NCBI GenBank assembly: GCA_963667055.2
Contig: OY762956.1
Span: 208,023 to 272,022 of the forward strand
Direction of reading: 5' to 3'
Origin: Dehalococcoidia bacterium
GTDB taxonomy: Bacteria; Chloroflexota; Dehalococcoidia; Lucifugimonadales; QGNO01
Length of the DNA: 64,000 nt
Shown here piece by piece: positions 1 to 8,757 of the stretch. A program made the position numbers and the translations under genes. Positions within the stretch are counted from its first letter, which is position 1. Each line of letters starts with the position of its first letter. The notes below the pieces were generated by a model. The model made no database searches and had not been told where the DNA came from. It saw only the letters and a list, made by a program, of their open reading frames with translations.

Positions 1-109
1 CCGGTTGCGACTATGAGGAATGACGCCGAGTGCAACATATCAACGGGGCTGTGCTGAGTCAAGGGGTGGCAGGTGCGGGAGAAAGGTGCACAGCGAGTGC
101 GGCGGCATC

Positions 110-466
110 CTAGTACATGATGAGATGGGTAGGAACCAGTCGCTGTGCAATAGGATCCACCGCAAGCCTCAACCCTTCCAGCGTGTAGGCCCCCAGCAGA
201 GCCGGGGCGTCGTCATCTCCGAACACGACGAGGGTGATCTCGCTGGCCCCGTTGATCGTCGCCCAGGCCCTCCCAATCTCCATCTCCACCCGGCGACCGT
301 CGGCGAGCAGAAAGACGCCCTTGTCCATCGGCTTGATTCCTAGATTGCGGAGAAGGCGGGCGGGCAGTGTGGTGTAGGCTGCGCCGGTGTCTACCGTCGC
401 CTCTAAGTCCTGCACTTGCCGCCCATCCATGCTGGATATGCGCAGCGGACACTTGAAAGTCCCCAT
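110..466 (-). CDS. stand-alone retropepsin-like (clan AA) aspartic protease, ~118 aa
   Basis: ORF with a 'VDTGA' catalytic-type motif near the N-terminus. Size is typical of single-domain bacterial retropepsins. AGAGG-like RBS upstream of the ATG at 466. Confidence 0.65.
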   Translation of the reverse strand: MGTFKCPLRISSMDGRQVQDLEATVDTGAAYTTLPARLLRNLGIKPMDKGVFLLADGRRVEMEIGRAWATINGASEITLVVFGDDDAPALLGAYTLEGLRLAVDPIAQRLVPTHLIMY

Positions 467-611
467 AAGGAAGCCTCTACCTCTAAGTTTTCTACCGCCT
501 CATTTTACCCCATTCAAAACGTCCATCATAGGGGCAATTCCACCTGACCACTGTTCTCCGACAGCCAAGCGATATATGATGGGCGCATCGTCAAGCAAGT
601 GAGGTTGAGAC

Positions 612-1376
612 ATGCCATACGTAACAAACAACGGAGTAAGCATCCACTACCACGTGGAGGGAGAGGGGCCGGCGCTGGTGTTGCAGCACGGCCAGAGCGA
701 CAACATGAAAGGATGGTACGAGGCCGGCCACGTAGAAGCGCTGAAAGGCGAGTACCGGCTTGTACTCGTCGACGCGCGGGGGCACGGGGAAAGCGACAAG
801 CCCCACGATGCGGAAGCGTACGATATCAAGCACAACGTGGCGGACATAGTGGCCATCCTGGACGAGCTGGGTATAGACAAGGCCCACTACTGGGGCCACT
901 CCATGGGAGGGCGCATCGGATTCGGCTGCGCCAAATATGCCAAGGAGCGGTTTCACTCACTGATCATCAGCAGCATGTCGCCGTACAAGCGGCCCAAAGA
1001 GGAGCGCGACAAGTCGATATCGGAATTGCTGCAAGGAACCGACGCAGTGATAGCGGCGAGGAAGGCCGAGGGAGAGTTGACCGAGGAAGACGAGGCGAAG
1101 ATACGGGGGAACGATCCGCTGGCGCAAGCGGCCTCCCTGACGGCGGTGCGCGACCTGCCCGACCAGTCGGACACCCTCCAGCACATGACGATGCCCAGCC
1201 TGGTCTACGTCGGCGAGCTTGACACCTTCTGGCGCGAAGGGCTGGAGAGGTGCATCGACCAGATACCCAACGCCACGTTCGTGGTGCTGCCCGGGCTCGG
1301 CCACCAGGAGGCGGTGGAACGGGGCGACATAGTGCTCCCGCACGTGAGGCAGTTCCTGTCAAGCGTGGAGGGCTAG
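612..1376 (+). CDS. alpha/beta-fold hydrolase
   Basis: 254-aa ORF with nucleophile elbow 'GHSMGG' and an HG-type oxyanion region ('LQHGQ'). GAGG RBS before the ATG at 612. Confidence 0.85.
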   Translation: MPYVTNNGVSIHYHVEGEGPALVLQHGQSDNMKGWYEAGHVEALKGEYRLVLVDARGHGESDKPHDAEAYDIKHNVADIVAILDELGIDKAHYWGHSMGGRIGFGCAKYAKERFHSLIISSMSPYKRPKEERDKSISELLQGTDAVIAARKAEGELTEEDEAKIRGNDPLAQAASLTAVRDLPDQSDTLQHMTMPSLVYVGELDTFWREGLERCIDQIPNATFVVLPGLGHQEAVERGDIVLPHVRQFLSSVEG

Positions 1377-1453
1377 GCCGCCACGCCCTACCCTACCCCA
1401 CGGACATACGGGCAGGCGGACAAACTGGCAGACGGCGCACCTCCCCAATCGTC

Positions 1454-1492
1454 TTTCCTGCGGAGGCAGGAATCCAGGCGGGGCGGTGTGGC
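1454..1492. repeat. REP-like hairpin element (family A: stem-loop + ATCCAGG + GGGGCGG tail)
   Basis: TTCCTGC/GCAGGAA hairpin followed by 'aatccaggcggggcggtgtgg'. The same architecture recurs at 21372, 47371 and 50736, and in reverse orientation at 20590 and 22975. Confidence 0.55.
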
Positions 1493-1629
1493 ATACCGCG
1501 GCGCGTTTGCCTGCTTAGGCCCCCCACTCACCAGCGATACAGATTCTTCGCCGAGCGCTGGTTGTAGTTGAGCGAACGGCGTTTGACCAATCGGCTCAGA
1601 ATGACGGTTGTGCAGTCGGGTGGCCTATG

Positions 1630-3054
1630 TTATTGCGCGCCGAAGTCAAGGTTGGGATGGCGCTTGTGCCACTCCGTGGCCTGCTCGTAGGCATAGGCGG
1701 CGCGGTAGAGAAGCGCCTCTTGCAGTCGTTGCCCGTGCAGCATCAGTCCAATGGGCCACGTATCGTTGTTGCCGAAGCCGCAGGGCACGGACACGGCGGG
1801 GTGCCCGCATACGCTGGCCATGCCGTTTCGCCATACCGCGCGTGAACGAGCGGGCACAGTCCTGCCGCGAATGACGGCGGTCTTGGCGTCCCATGTGTCG
1901 CCGTAGGTGCTACCCGTGGGCATGGCTATCACGTCCACTTCCCTCAGTATCGCGCTCACTTCCTGCCTGAGACTCGTGAGCTTCAAAACGGCCTCGAAGT
2001 GGTCTTTCAACGGCCTCTGAAGCGACGCTTCCAGGCTGTCGCGCACTCCGGGCCAAGCCGACATCTGCTCTTCGGTAAAGTTCTCCAGGTAGTAGAGCGC
2101 GCCGCCTCCGCCCACCGCCTGCATGAGGGCGCGCGCCTCCCCGGACAGGGGAGCGTTCACCTCCGTGACGGAAGCGCCCAGTTCCTCCAGCACGCCTATG
2201 GCCTTTCTGACCACCTGCTCCTCCTCCTCACTGAGCCAGTCCTTCCACACCCAGTCGTCCACGGGCACGCCGATGCGCAGGCCCTTGATGCCATCCGTCA
2301 GCCAGGCGCGATGGTCGTATGGAGGCTCGTTGACGCTTGCCGGGTCCTTGGGGTCGTACACGCCCAGAATGTCCATCATGATGGCGTTGTCTTCCACCGT
2401 CTTGGTCAGCGGCCCGGCCTGGTCCGTGGTCAAAGGCGACGCCTTGACTCCGAAGCCGCTGATGCGGCTCTGGGTGGGACGCATGCCCACGAGCGAACTG
2501 TTGCTGGCGGGATGGCGCACCGACCCGCCTGTATCGGCTCCGATGGACGCAAGCCCCATGGAGGCCGCGGTCGCAGAACCGGAGCCGCTGCTGGACGTGC
2601 CCGGGCTCATTCTGGGGTCCCAGGCGTTGCGGCAACCGACGGGGCCGCCCGTGTCTCTTTCTATCCCTATTCCGGGGTCAACCTTGCCCATGAGGATACC
2701 CCCGGCCTCCTCCAACAGTACGTGTATGGTGGCGCTTTCCTCGGGGATGTAGTGTTGCGCCGGGCCGCTGGGCCCTTCGAAGGTGGTGGGAATCCCTTTG
2801 GCGTCTATCCAGTCCTTCAACGTGTACGGTATGCCGTGCAGAGGGCCGCGGTATCTGCCCTCCATAATCTCCTTCTCGGCCTCTTGGGCGCGCAGCAGAG
2901 CGTACTCCGGCGTGGCAGTTATGAAAGGCAGCAGGACGGGCTGGAGCCGTTCCATCCTGTCTATGGTGGCTTGGGTCAACTCCACGGGCGATAGCTTGCG
3001 ATCCCTGAGCAGTTTTCCCGTTTCGGTTATAGTCGCGGAGTCCAAGTCTATCAC
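1630..3054 (-). CDS. amidase (amidase-signature family), paralog 1
   Basis: 474-aa ORF with the Gly/Ser-rich AS signature 'GTSSSGSGSATAA...GGSVRHPAS'. GTG start at 3054 preceded by AAGGAGG. Confidence 0.9.
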   Translation of the reverse strand: MIDLDSATITETGKLLRDRKLSPVELTQATIDRMERLQPVLLPFITATPEYALLRAQEAEKEIMEGRYRGPLHGIPYTLKDWIDAKGIPTTFEGPSGPAQHYIPEESATIHVLLEEAGGILMGKVDPGIGIERDTGGPVGCRNAWDPRMSPGTSSSGSGSATAASMGLASIGADTGGSVRHPASNSSLVGMRPTQSRISGFGVKASPLTTDQAGPLTKTVEDNAIMMDILGVYDPKDPASVNEPPYDHRAWLTDGIKGLRIGVPVDDWVWKDWLSEEEEQVVRKAIGVLEELGASVTEVNAPLSGEARALMQAVGGGGALYYLENFTEEQMSAWPGVRDSLEASLQRPLKDHFEAVLKLTSLRQEVSAILREVDVIAMPTGSTYGDTWDAKTAVIRGRTVPARSRAVWRNGMASVCGHPAVSVPCGFGNNDTWPIGLMLHGQRLQEALLYRAAYAYEQATEWHKRHPNLDFGAQ

Positions 3055-3104
3055 TTCATCCCTCCTTATAGCAGCCGTTCACGGCCTTTCTTAGCTTCTG
3101 GGAA

Positions 3105-3151
3105 GGAGAGCTTGGCTTTCAGGCGGGTGCGGCCTTCTCGCCAAGCTCTCC
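3105..3151. other. intercistronic stem-loop between the two amidase genes
   Basis: Perfect 12-bp inverted repeat: ggagagcttggc (3105-3116) and gccaagctctcc (3140-3151). The loop is 23 nt and no U-run follows. Confidence 0.45.
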
Positions 3152-3189
3152 CGGAGATTACTGTCGGTCTGCTGTCAGCCTCAGCTTCA

Positions 3190-4614
3190 TTATTGCTCAC
3201 TATAGTCAAGATTGGGATGACGCTTGTGCCAGGGCGTGGCCTGCTCGTAAGCCCAGGCGACGCGGTAGAGCAACGCCTCCCGCAGCTCGCGTCCGTGAAG
3301 CATCAGTCCTATCGGCCAGCGATCGTTGTTGCCGAATCCGCAAGGCACGCTGACGGCGGGCTGGCCGCAAATGCTGGCCAGGGCGTTGCGGTACACGGCA
3401 CGCGACCGCGCCGATACCGTCCTGCCGCGGATGACGACGTTTTCAGCGTCCCATGCGTCGCCGTAGGTGCTGCCCGTGGGCATGGCTATCACGTCCACCT
3501 TGCGCAGCGCCTCGTTGGCCTCTTGCCTGATGAGGGCGCGGTGGTGTTGCAAGCGCAGATGGTTTACCGCAAGCTCCCCCAGGGCTTCGTCGATGCCTGT
3601 GCCCACCTCCGGCCAGGCGTCCAGCTGCTCCCTGGTGAACTTGTCGGTGTAGATGAGGGCGCTCGGCGCCCGCGATGACATCGAGTTGGAACGAGCCTCA
3701 GCGGCCCTGGGAAGAGCCACTTCCGTTACGGAAGCGCCCAGCTCCTCCAGGACGCCGATGGCCGTTCTGACCACCTGCTCCTCTTCCTCACTGAGCCAGT
3801 CCTTCCAGACCCAATCATCCACGGGCACGCCTATGCGGATGCCCTTGATGCCGTCCCGCATCCCGGTTTGGTAGTCGTAGCGCGGCTCATTGACGCTGAT
3901 GGGGTCGTTGGGGTCGTAAACGCCCAGGACGTGCATCATTATGGCGTTGTCCTCCACCGTCTTGGTCAACGGCCCTGCTTGGTCCATGGTCATTGGACTG
4001 GCATGGACTCCAAAGCCGCTGATGCGCCCGTGCGTGGGGCGCATAGCAACCAAGTTGCTGTTGCTGCCCGGATGACGCACCGATCCGCCGGTGTCCGTGC
4101 CTATGGAGCCCAGCCCCATGGAGGCCGCGGTGGCTGAGCCTGACCCGCTGCTGGAGGTTCCCGGGCTGCGGGTGATGTCCCAGGCGTTGCGGCAGCCGAC
4201 TGGGCCCCCCTGCCCTCTTCCTATCTCCGAGACCACTTTGCCAAGGAGGATGCCTCCGGCTTCGTCCAGCAACGTGTGAATGGTGGCGCTCTCTTTCGGC
4301 TTGTAGTCGATACCCTTCGGGTCGCCCCAGGTGGTGGGCATGTTTGCCGTGGCCACCACGTCTTTCAACGTATAGGGGATGCCGTGAAAAGGCCCCCTGT
4401 AGCGCCCCTGTCCGATTTCTTGCTCCGCCTCGCGGGCGCGGAGCATGGCGTGCTCAGCGGCAATAGTGGTAAAGGAGCCCAGAACCGGCTGCAGCCTCTC
4501 TATGCGCCGCAGAGTGGCCTCCACAATCTCCACCGGCGAGACCTCGCGCCGCTGAATGCGGCGCGCAAGGCCGGCGATAGTAGCGTTGTCCAGATCGAAA
4601 TCAACAGCGACCAT
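3190..4614 (-). CDS. amidase (amidase-signature family), paralog 2
   Basis: 474-aa ORF collinear with 1630..3054. It shares long identical blocks such as 'DDWVWKDWLSEEEEQVVR' and 'AIGVLEELGASVTEV', and has the same AS signature. Confidence 0.9.
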   Translation of the reverse strand: MVAVDFDLDNATIAGLARRIQRREVSPVEIVEATLRRIERLQPVLGSFTTIAAEHAMLRAREAEQEIGQGRYRGPFHGIPYTLKDVVATANMPTTWGDPKGIDYKPKESATIHTLLDEAGGILLGKVVSEIGRGQGGPVGCRNAWDITRSPGTSSSGSGSATAASMGLGSIGTDTGGSVRHPGSNSNLVAMRPTHGRISGFGVHASPMTMDQAGPLTKTVEDNAIMMHVLGVYDPNDPISVNEPRYDYQTGMRDGIKGIRIGVPVDDWVWKDWLSEEEEQVVRTAIGVLEELGASVTEVALPRAAEARSNSMSSRAPSALIYTDKFTREQLDAWPEVGTGIDEALGELAVNHLRLQHHRALIRQEANEALRKVDVIAMPTGSTYGDAWDAENVVIRGRTVSARSRAVYRNALASICGQPAVSVPCGFGNNDRWPIGLMLHGRELREALLYRVAWAYEQATPWHKRHPNLDYSEQ

Positions 4615-4667
4615 GGTTATCCCCCCTACCCTTTCTCAAAATACGTTTGACGACACGCGCTCCCCGC

Positions 4668-5570
4668 TCAACGCCCCCTGAGCTTGGGATCGAAAACGTC
4701 CCGCAGAGCGTCGGCGAAGATGGCCGAGCCGAAGACCACCAGGGTCAGGCTGACTCCCGGCCCAAAGGCCATCCATGGCGCCGAAACGAAGAGCTGCCTG
4801 GTATCTCCGCCCAGCAGACCTCCCCAGGAAATTGTATCGTAGGGGACGCCCAGCCCCAGGAAGCTCAGGCTGGATTCAGCGGTGATAATGGACCCCACTG
4901 CGGCGGAGGCCACAACTACCAGCGGCGCGAAGGTGTTGGGCGCGATGTGTCTCAGCATTATGCGGAAGTTGCTGGAGCCAATGGTGCGAGCCGCCTCTAT
5001 GTACGGCATTGCCATGATGGTGAGGGCCGACGATCTCACCACGCGAGTAATCCGAGGCGTATTGACTATGGTGAGAGCAATGATTACATTCTCCATTCCG
5101 ATTTCGAATGCCGCAACGAGAGTCAAGGCGAGCAGCAAGGATGGTATGGCGACAATTCCATCGATGAACCTCTGCACAATGAGGTCGTACTTTCCGCCCA
5201 GGTACGCGCTGGAGACTCCGAGGAACAACCCTAAGGCCGTGGCCATCAGCATGGTCGTAAGGCCTACGTAGAGCGACACTCTTGTGCCAATAACGGTGCG
5301 GCTAAATACGTCCCGTCCCAGGTTGTCCATGCCGAACCAGTGCTGAGCGGTTGGTCCCTCCAACGCTATTTCCAACCTGGTCTCGAACGGGTCGTATGGG
5401 GCGATGAAAGAGCCGGTGAAAGCGATCACGGTTGCAAATACCAGAATGGCCAAGCCGGCGGCGCCCAGCGGCTTTCTGCGGACAAAGCCCCAAAGGGCAA
5501 TGACCGGCCTCAAGAGACTCTGCTGCTGGCCTTGCAGCGCCAGTCCGCCGGTTGCGCCTTCCGTGCTCAT
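4668..5570 (-). CDS. ABC transporter permease (DppC/OppC-like)
   Basis: 300-aa polytopic ORF with an EAA-type loop ('IEAARTIGSSNFRIMLRHIAPN'), typical of peptide/nickel-family permeases. Confidence 0.9.
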   Translation of the reverse strand: MSTEGATGGLALQGQQQSLLRPVIALWGFVRRKPLGAAGLAILVFATVIAFTGSFIAPYDPFETRLEIALEGPTAQHWFGMDNLGRDVFSRTVIGTRVSLYVGLTTMLMATALGLFLGVSSAYLGGKYDLIVQRFIDGIVAIPSLLLALTLVAAFEIGMENVIIALTIVNTPRITRVVRSSALTIMAMPYIEAARTIGSSNFRIMLRHIAPNTFAPLVVVASAAVGSIITAESSLSFLGLGVPYDTISWGGLLGGDTRQLFVSAPWMAFGPGVSLTLVVFGSAIFADALRDVFDPKLRGR

Positions 5571-5594
5571 AGCCCTCCTGAATTGAACGGCCTA

Positions 5595-6554
5595 TTACGC
5601 ATACCTGATCCGTGGGTCCAGCCAGGCGTAAGAGATGTCTACTATGAGATTGACCAGCAACGAGATGAACACAAGATAGAGAACGTAAGTTTGCACTATG
5701 GGGAAGTCCCTCAATAGGACGGCCCGCACCAGCTGTTCGCCCATGCCTGGCAGGCTGAAGATTACCTCTATCACTACGGTGCCGCCCAGTAGGACCGCCA
5801 CCTGGAATCCTATGACGGTAACCACGGGTATCAGGGCATTGCGCATGGAGTGGCGCGTTATCACCAACCGTTCGGATAAGCCCTTGGCCCTGGCGGTACG
5901 GACGTAGTCTTCACGCAGCACCTCCAGCATCTGGGCCCTTGTCATTCGCAGCAGCGTTGCAGTTCCCAGCAATCCCAGGGCAGTTGCGGGGAAGAACAGC
6001 TGAGTCATGGAATCCCACGGCCTGTCCCATAGGTTGTAGAACCTGAGAGGAGGCAGCCAGCCGAACCCGACAGCAAGGATCAGCACTATCAGTATTCCGG
6101 CAAAGAAGCCCGGCATTGCGCTAGCCAGGACAGCGGTGCCCCGCAGGATGTAATCGGGCCACCTATCCTGGTAGAGGGCGGCGAGGATGCCGATGGGTAT
6201 AGCAATGATGACAACCAGGGTGAGGGAGGCCACGGCGAGCTGAAGAGTGACTGGGAGCTGGCGTTTGAGGTTGCGGGTAATTGGCCTGTCCGTATTCCAG
6301 GAGTTGCCCAGATCAAACCTCATCACTCCCCATACCCAGTCGAGGTACTGAATGTGTATGGGCTTGTCCAGCCCGGTCTCTCTTCTCAACTCCTCCTTCA
6401 TATCCTCGGTGACCACCACGTCGGGGTCTCCCCCGGTCAGGATCAACTCCGCCACGTCACCGGGCAAGACGCGCAAAGCGCCAAAGACGAATATGGAAAC
6501 CCCCAAAATGGTGGGTATGAAGAGTAGCACCCGTTTGATGATGTAGTTTCTCAT
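5595..6554 (-). CDS. ABC transporter permease (DppB/OppB-like)
   Basis: 319-aa ORF with the N-terminus 'MRNYIIKRVLLFIPTILGVS' and the motif 'DYVRTARAKGLSERLVITRHSMRNALIPV', characteristic of DppB-type permeases. Confidence 0.9.
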   Translation of the reverse strand: MRNYIIKRVLLFIPTILGVSIFVFGALRVLPGDVAELILTGGDPDVVVTEDMKEELRRETGLDKPIHIQYLDWVWGVMRFDLGNSWNTDRPITRNLKRQLPVTLQLAVASLTLVVIIAIPIGILAALYQDRWPDYILRGTAVLASAMPGFFAGILIVLILAVGFGWLPPLRFYNLWDRPWDSMTQLFFPATALGLLGTATLLRMTRAQMLEVLREDYVRTARAKGLSERLVITRHSMRNALIPVVTVIGFQVAVLLGGTVVIEVIFSLPGMGEQLVRAVLLRDFPIVQTYVLYLVFISLLVNLIVDISYAWLDPRIRYA

Positions 6555-6602
6555 GATCCGGTGGGACCGCCTGTGGCGGTTTGATTATAACCCATCATTT
6601 CT

Positions 6603-6646
6603 AACACTGAACCACCTGCGAAGTTGATCGCAGGTGGTTCAGTGTT
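6603..6646. other. 19-bp perfect stem-loop between the SBP and permease genes
   Basis: aacactgaaccacctgcga (6603-6621) pairs perfectly with tcgcaggtggttcagtgtt (6628-6646), with a 6-nt loop. It lies in the 110-nt gap between the SBP stop and the permease start. Confidence 0.7.
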
Positions 6647-6664
6647 TAACTCTAGCGCACTAGG

Positions 6665-8533
6665 CTATAGAGGGAATCTATCAGGGAACTTGGTGTAGAC
6701 GTCGTACTGCTCAAGCACCTCTTGGCTGGCCTCGCCGCTGGGATGTATCCAGACGTTTTCAATGCTTGAATTCTGAACGTGCCTTGTCTTGGGCGTCCAA
6801 CCGCGCCAAGCGCCGTTGAAGGGGTGGATGGGGGTTGCGCGGCTGCTTGGCATTATGCCGGCGTCCTCGTAGAGGACATCCACTATCTCCCTGTAGAGGC
6901 GGCCGCGCTCGGCCTGGTCGACGGTGGTGGCGGCCAGAGTGTGCAGCCTGAGGTACTCAGCGCTGTCGTAGCGGTTCCAGTTGGAGTTCTGGTAGATCTC
7001 AAAGGGCAGGTAGAGCTGGTCGTCGTACTGCTGCGGGTCAAGCAGGCCGAAACCGCGTACGAAGAACACCATCTGCGTGGTGTCCTCTCCCATCTCGCCC
7101 TGGCCAATCTGGCTGACACGCACGTTTGGCTTCAGATAGATATCGGCCATCTTGGGAATGGCAGCGTCAGCCTGGCGGCGCGTGCTGCCGCCGGAGGTCA
7201 CAGCCAGATCGAACTCCAGCATGTTATCCGGGCCGTATCCTATGGACTCCATCAAGCGCTTGGCTTCCGCTATGTCCGCTTCCTTGGTGTCCGGATTGAA
7301 CCCGGGGAACTCTTCCCACTGCTCAGGCGTGTATATCCAGTCGAAGCCTGGCAGCTCGCAGTGGGCGCATCCCGGGTAGTAGTAGTAGGGCTTCATGTAC
7401 ATGCCCTGATACCCGGCATCTCCGCTCTCGTCCCTGTCGTACCAGAGCTGTATAGCCTTGCGGATGGTGCGCGCCGTTGGGTCGTCCAGCGGACCAAATG
7501 GAGCCCGCCTGAGGTTCACCATGATCCCGGCCTGTCCGTAGCCTACCGCTATGGGCATGACGATCTTGGCGCCATGGCTCTTCTTTATGGGAGTCAACTC
7601 GGCGCGGAATCCGTCGCAGCAGGTGTTGGCAATCAGGTCGTTCTGTCCCGCCAACATGGCGGCCACCACTACGGAACGCTCGGTGGCATGGAATATCTCC
7701 ACCCTGTCAAGGAATGGCCGTCCCTCTTTGAAGTACTGTTCGTTCTTTTCGTAAACGGCCTCCACTTCCTCCACCAGGTTTACGGCCTTGAACGGCCCTG
7801 TGCCTATTATCTCATCCTTCTCGGGGTCCAGCAGCCGCCACTCGCCCGTGTCGTCAATCGCCTTGTACTGCTTGGCGGGGCCGAACATCACGTAGCCGCT
7901 GCTGACGCAGGCGGCGAACCAGGAGGTTGGGCCCTTGAGACGGATGGTCACCTCGTTTGGCCCGGTAACCTCAACGCCGCCGTCGCTGGTGGGTTCCTTT
8001 ATCGCCGTCTTCATGCAGCCGCCGCCCTGCGAGTAAGGCGCGTCGTTGGGCCGGTCGACCATGCGGTGAACAAGGTAAGCTATCTCTTCCGCGCCGTACG
8101 GGTCTCCGTTGTGGTCCACGATCCCGTCACGGATCTGGAACGTCCACTCCGTGCCGTCCTCGCTTACCTCCCAGGACTCGGCAAGATCGCCTTCGATGCT
8201 GACGCGGTCAACGATGCTCTCTCTGACCAGCGCCGACCAGACAATCGGGCCGATGCCATTGGCGGGCTGCAGGCCGCCGCCAAGGTGGGTAAGCTCAAAG
8301 GATTGGGGCCGTATCCTGTCGGCAATTCTCGCCACGCCGCCGTAGACCGGGTCATCGGTCATGGGCGGTTCCGGTGTGGGCGTGGCCGCGGTGGCAGGCG
8401 CGGCAACCGTCGCCGTTGCGGTGGGCGTCGGTGTTGCCTCCTCCGTGGAGCCGCAAGCCAGCAGCGCTATCAAGCCCACTGCAATAATGGCAGTGATCCA
8501 CAATCTCTTAAGGGGAATGCGATAAGCGTCCAT
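6665..8533 (-). CDS. ABC transporter substrate-binding lipoprotein (family 5, peptide/nickel type)
   Basis: Large ORF. The preferred start is the ATG at 8533, preceded by GGGAGG. It has a lipobox 'LLACGS' followed by a Pro/Thr-rich linker, and family-5 SBP-like length and sequence. Confidence 0.85.
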   Translation of the reverse strand: MDAYRIPLKRLWITAIIAVGLIALLACGSTEEATPTPTATATVAAPATAATPTPEPPMTDDPVYGGVARIADRIRPQSFELTHLGGGLQPANGIGPIVWSALVRESIVDRVSIEGDLAESWEVSEDGTEWTFQIRDGIVDHNGDPYGAEEIAYLVHRMVDRPNDAPYSQGGGCMKTAIKEPTSDGGVEVTGPNEVTIRLKGPTSWFAACVSSGYVMFGPAKQYKAIDDTGEWRLLDPEKDEIIGTGPFKAVNLVEEVEAVYEKNEQYFKEGRPFLDRVEIFHATERSVVVAAMLAGQNDLIANTCCDGFRAELTPIKKSHGAKIVMPIAVGYGQAGIMVNLRRAPFGPLDDPTARTIRKAIQLWYDRDESGDAGYQGMYMKPYYYYPGCAHCELPGFDWIYTPEQWEEFPGFNPDTKEADIAEAKRLMESIGYGPDNMLEFDLAVTSGGSTRRQADAAIPKMADIYLKPNVRVSQIGQGEMGEDTTQMVFFVRGFGLLDPQQYDDQLYLPFEIYQNSNWNRYDSAEYLRLHTLAATTVDQAERGRLYREIVDVLYEDAGIMPSSRATPIHPFNGAWRGWTPKTRHVQNSSIENVWIHPSGEASQEVLEQYDVYTKFPDRFPL

Positions 8534-8678
8534 ACAAACCTCCCACTGCATCGGAGTTTCACCTTGCGTTGCGATGATGGACAAAAACGGCAAAGCTATC
8601 TTGCAAGTTAATTAAACTGGGCCGTCTTTGCAATCCGTATCGATACGTATATGTTTTTGCGAAAAAGCGAACTGGAAG

Positions 8679-8716
8679 CTGCGCATTTTGACATTTCGCA
8701 AATGCGCAGATATCAT
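8679..8716 (+). promoter_or_regulatory. sigma70-like promoter with overlapping palindromic operator upstream of the LuxR-type gene
   Basis: TTGACA (8688-8693), a 17-nt spacer and TATCAT (8711-8716). A perfect 10-bp inverted repeat, ctgcgcattt (8679-8688) and aaatgcgcag (8700-8709), straddles the -35 and the spacer. Confidence 0.5.
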
Positions 8717-8757
8717 GCCCTCAGGCTTGAGGATCGTCCATTCAATGGAGGGGTGCC

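Noticed and set aside
6779-8611. 610-aa ORF antisense to the substrate-binding protein gene. Similar long antisense or alternate-frame ORFs occur at 11916..13520, 21638..22756, 10582..11754, 33984..35234 and 56142..57437.
   Set aside because: They are Arg/Gly/His-rich low-complexity translations lying entirely opposite well-supported genes. This is a typical high-GC artefact. They have no recognisable motifs or RBS.
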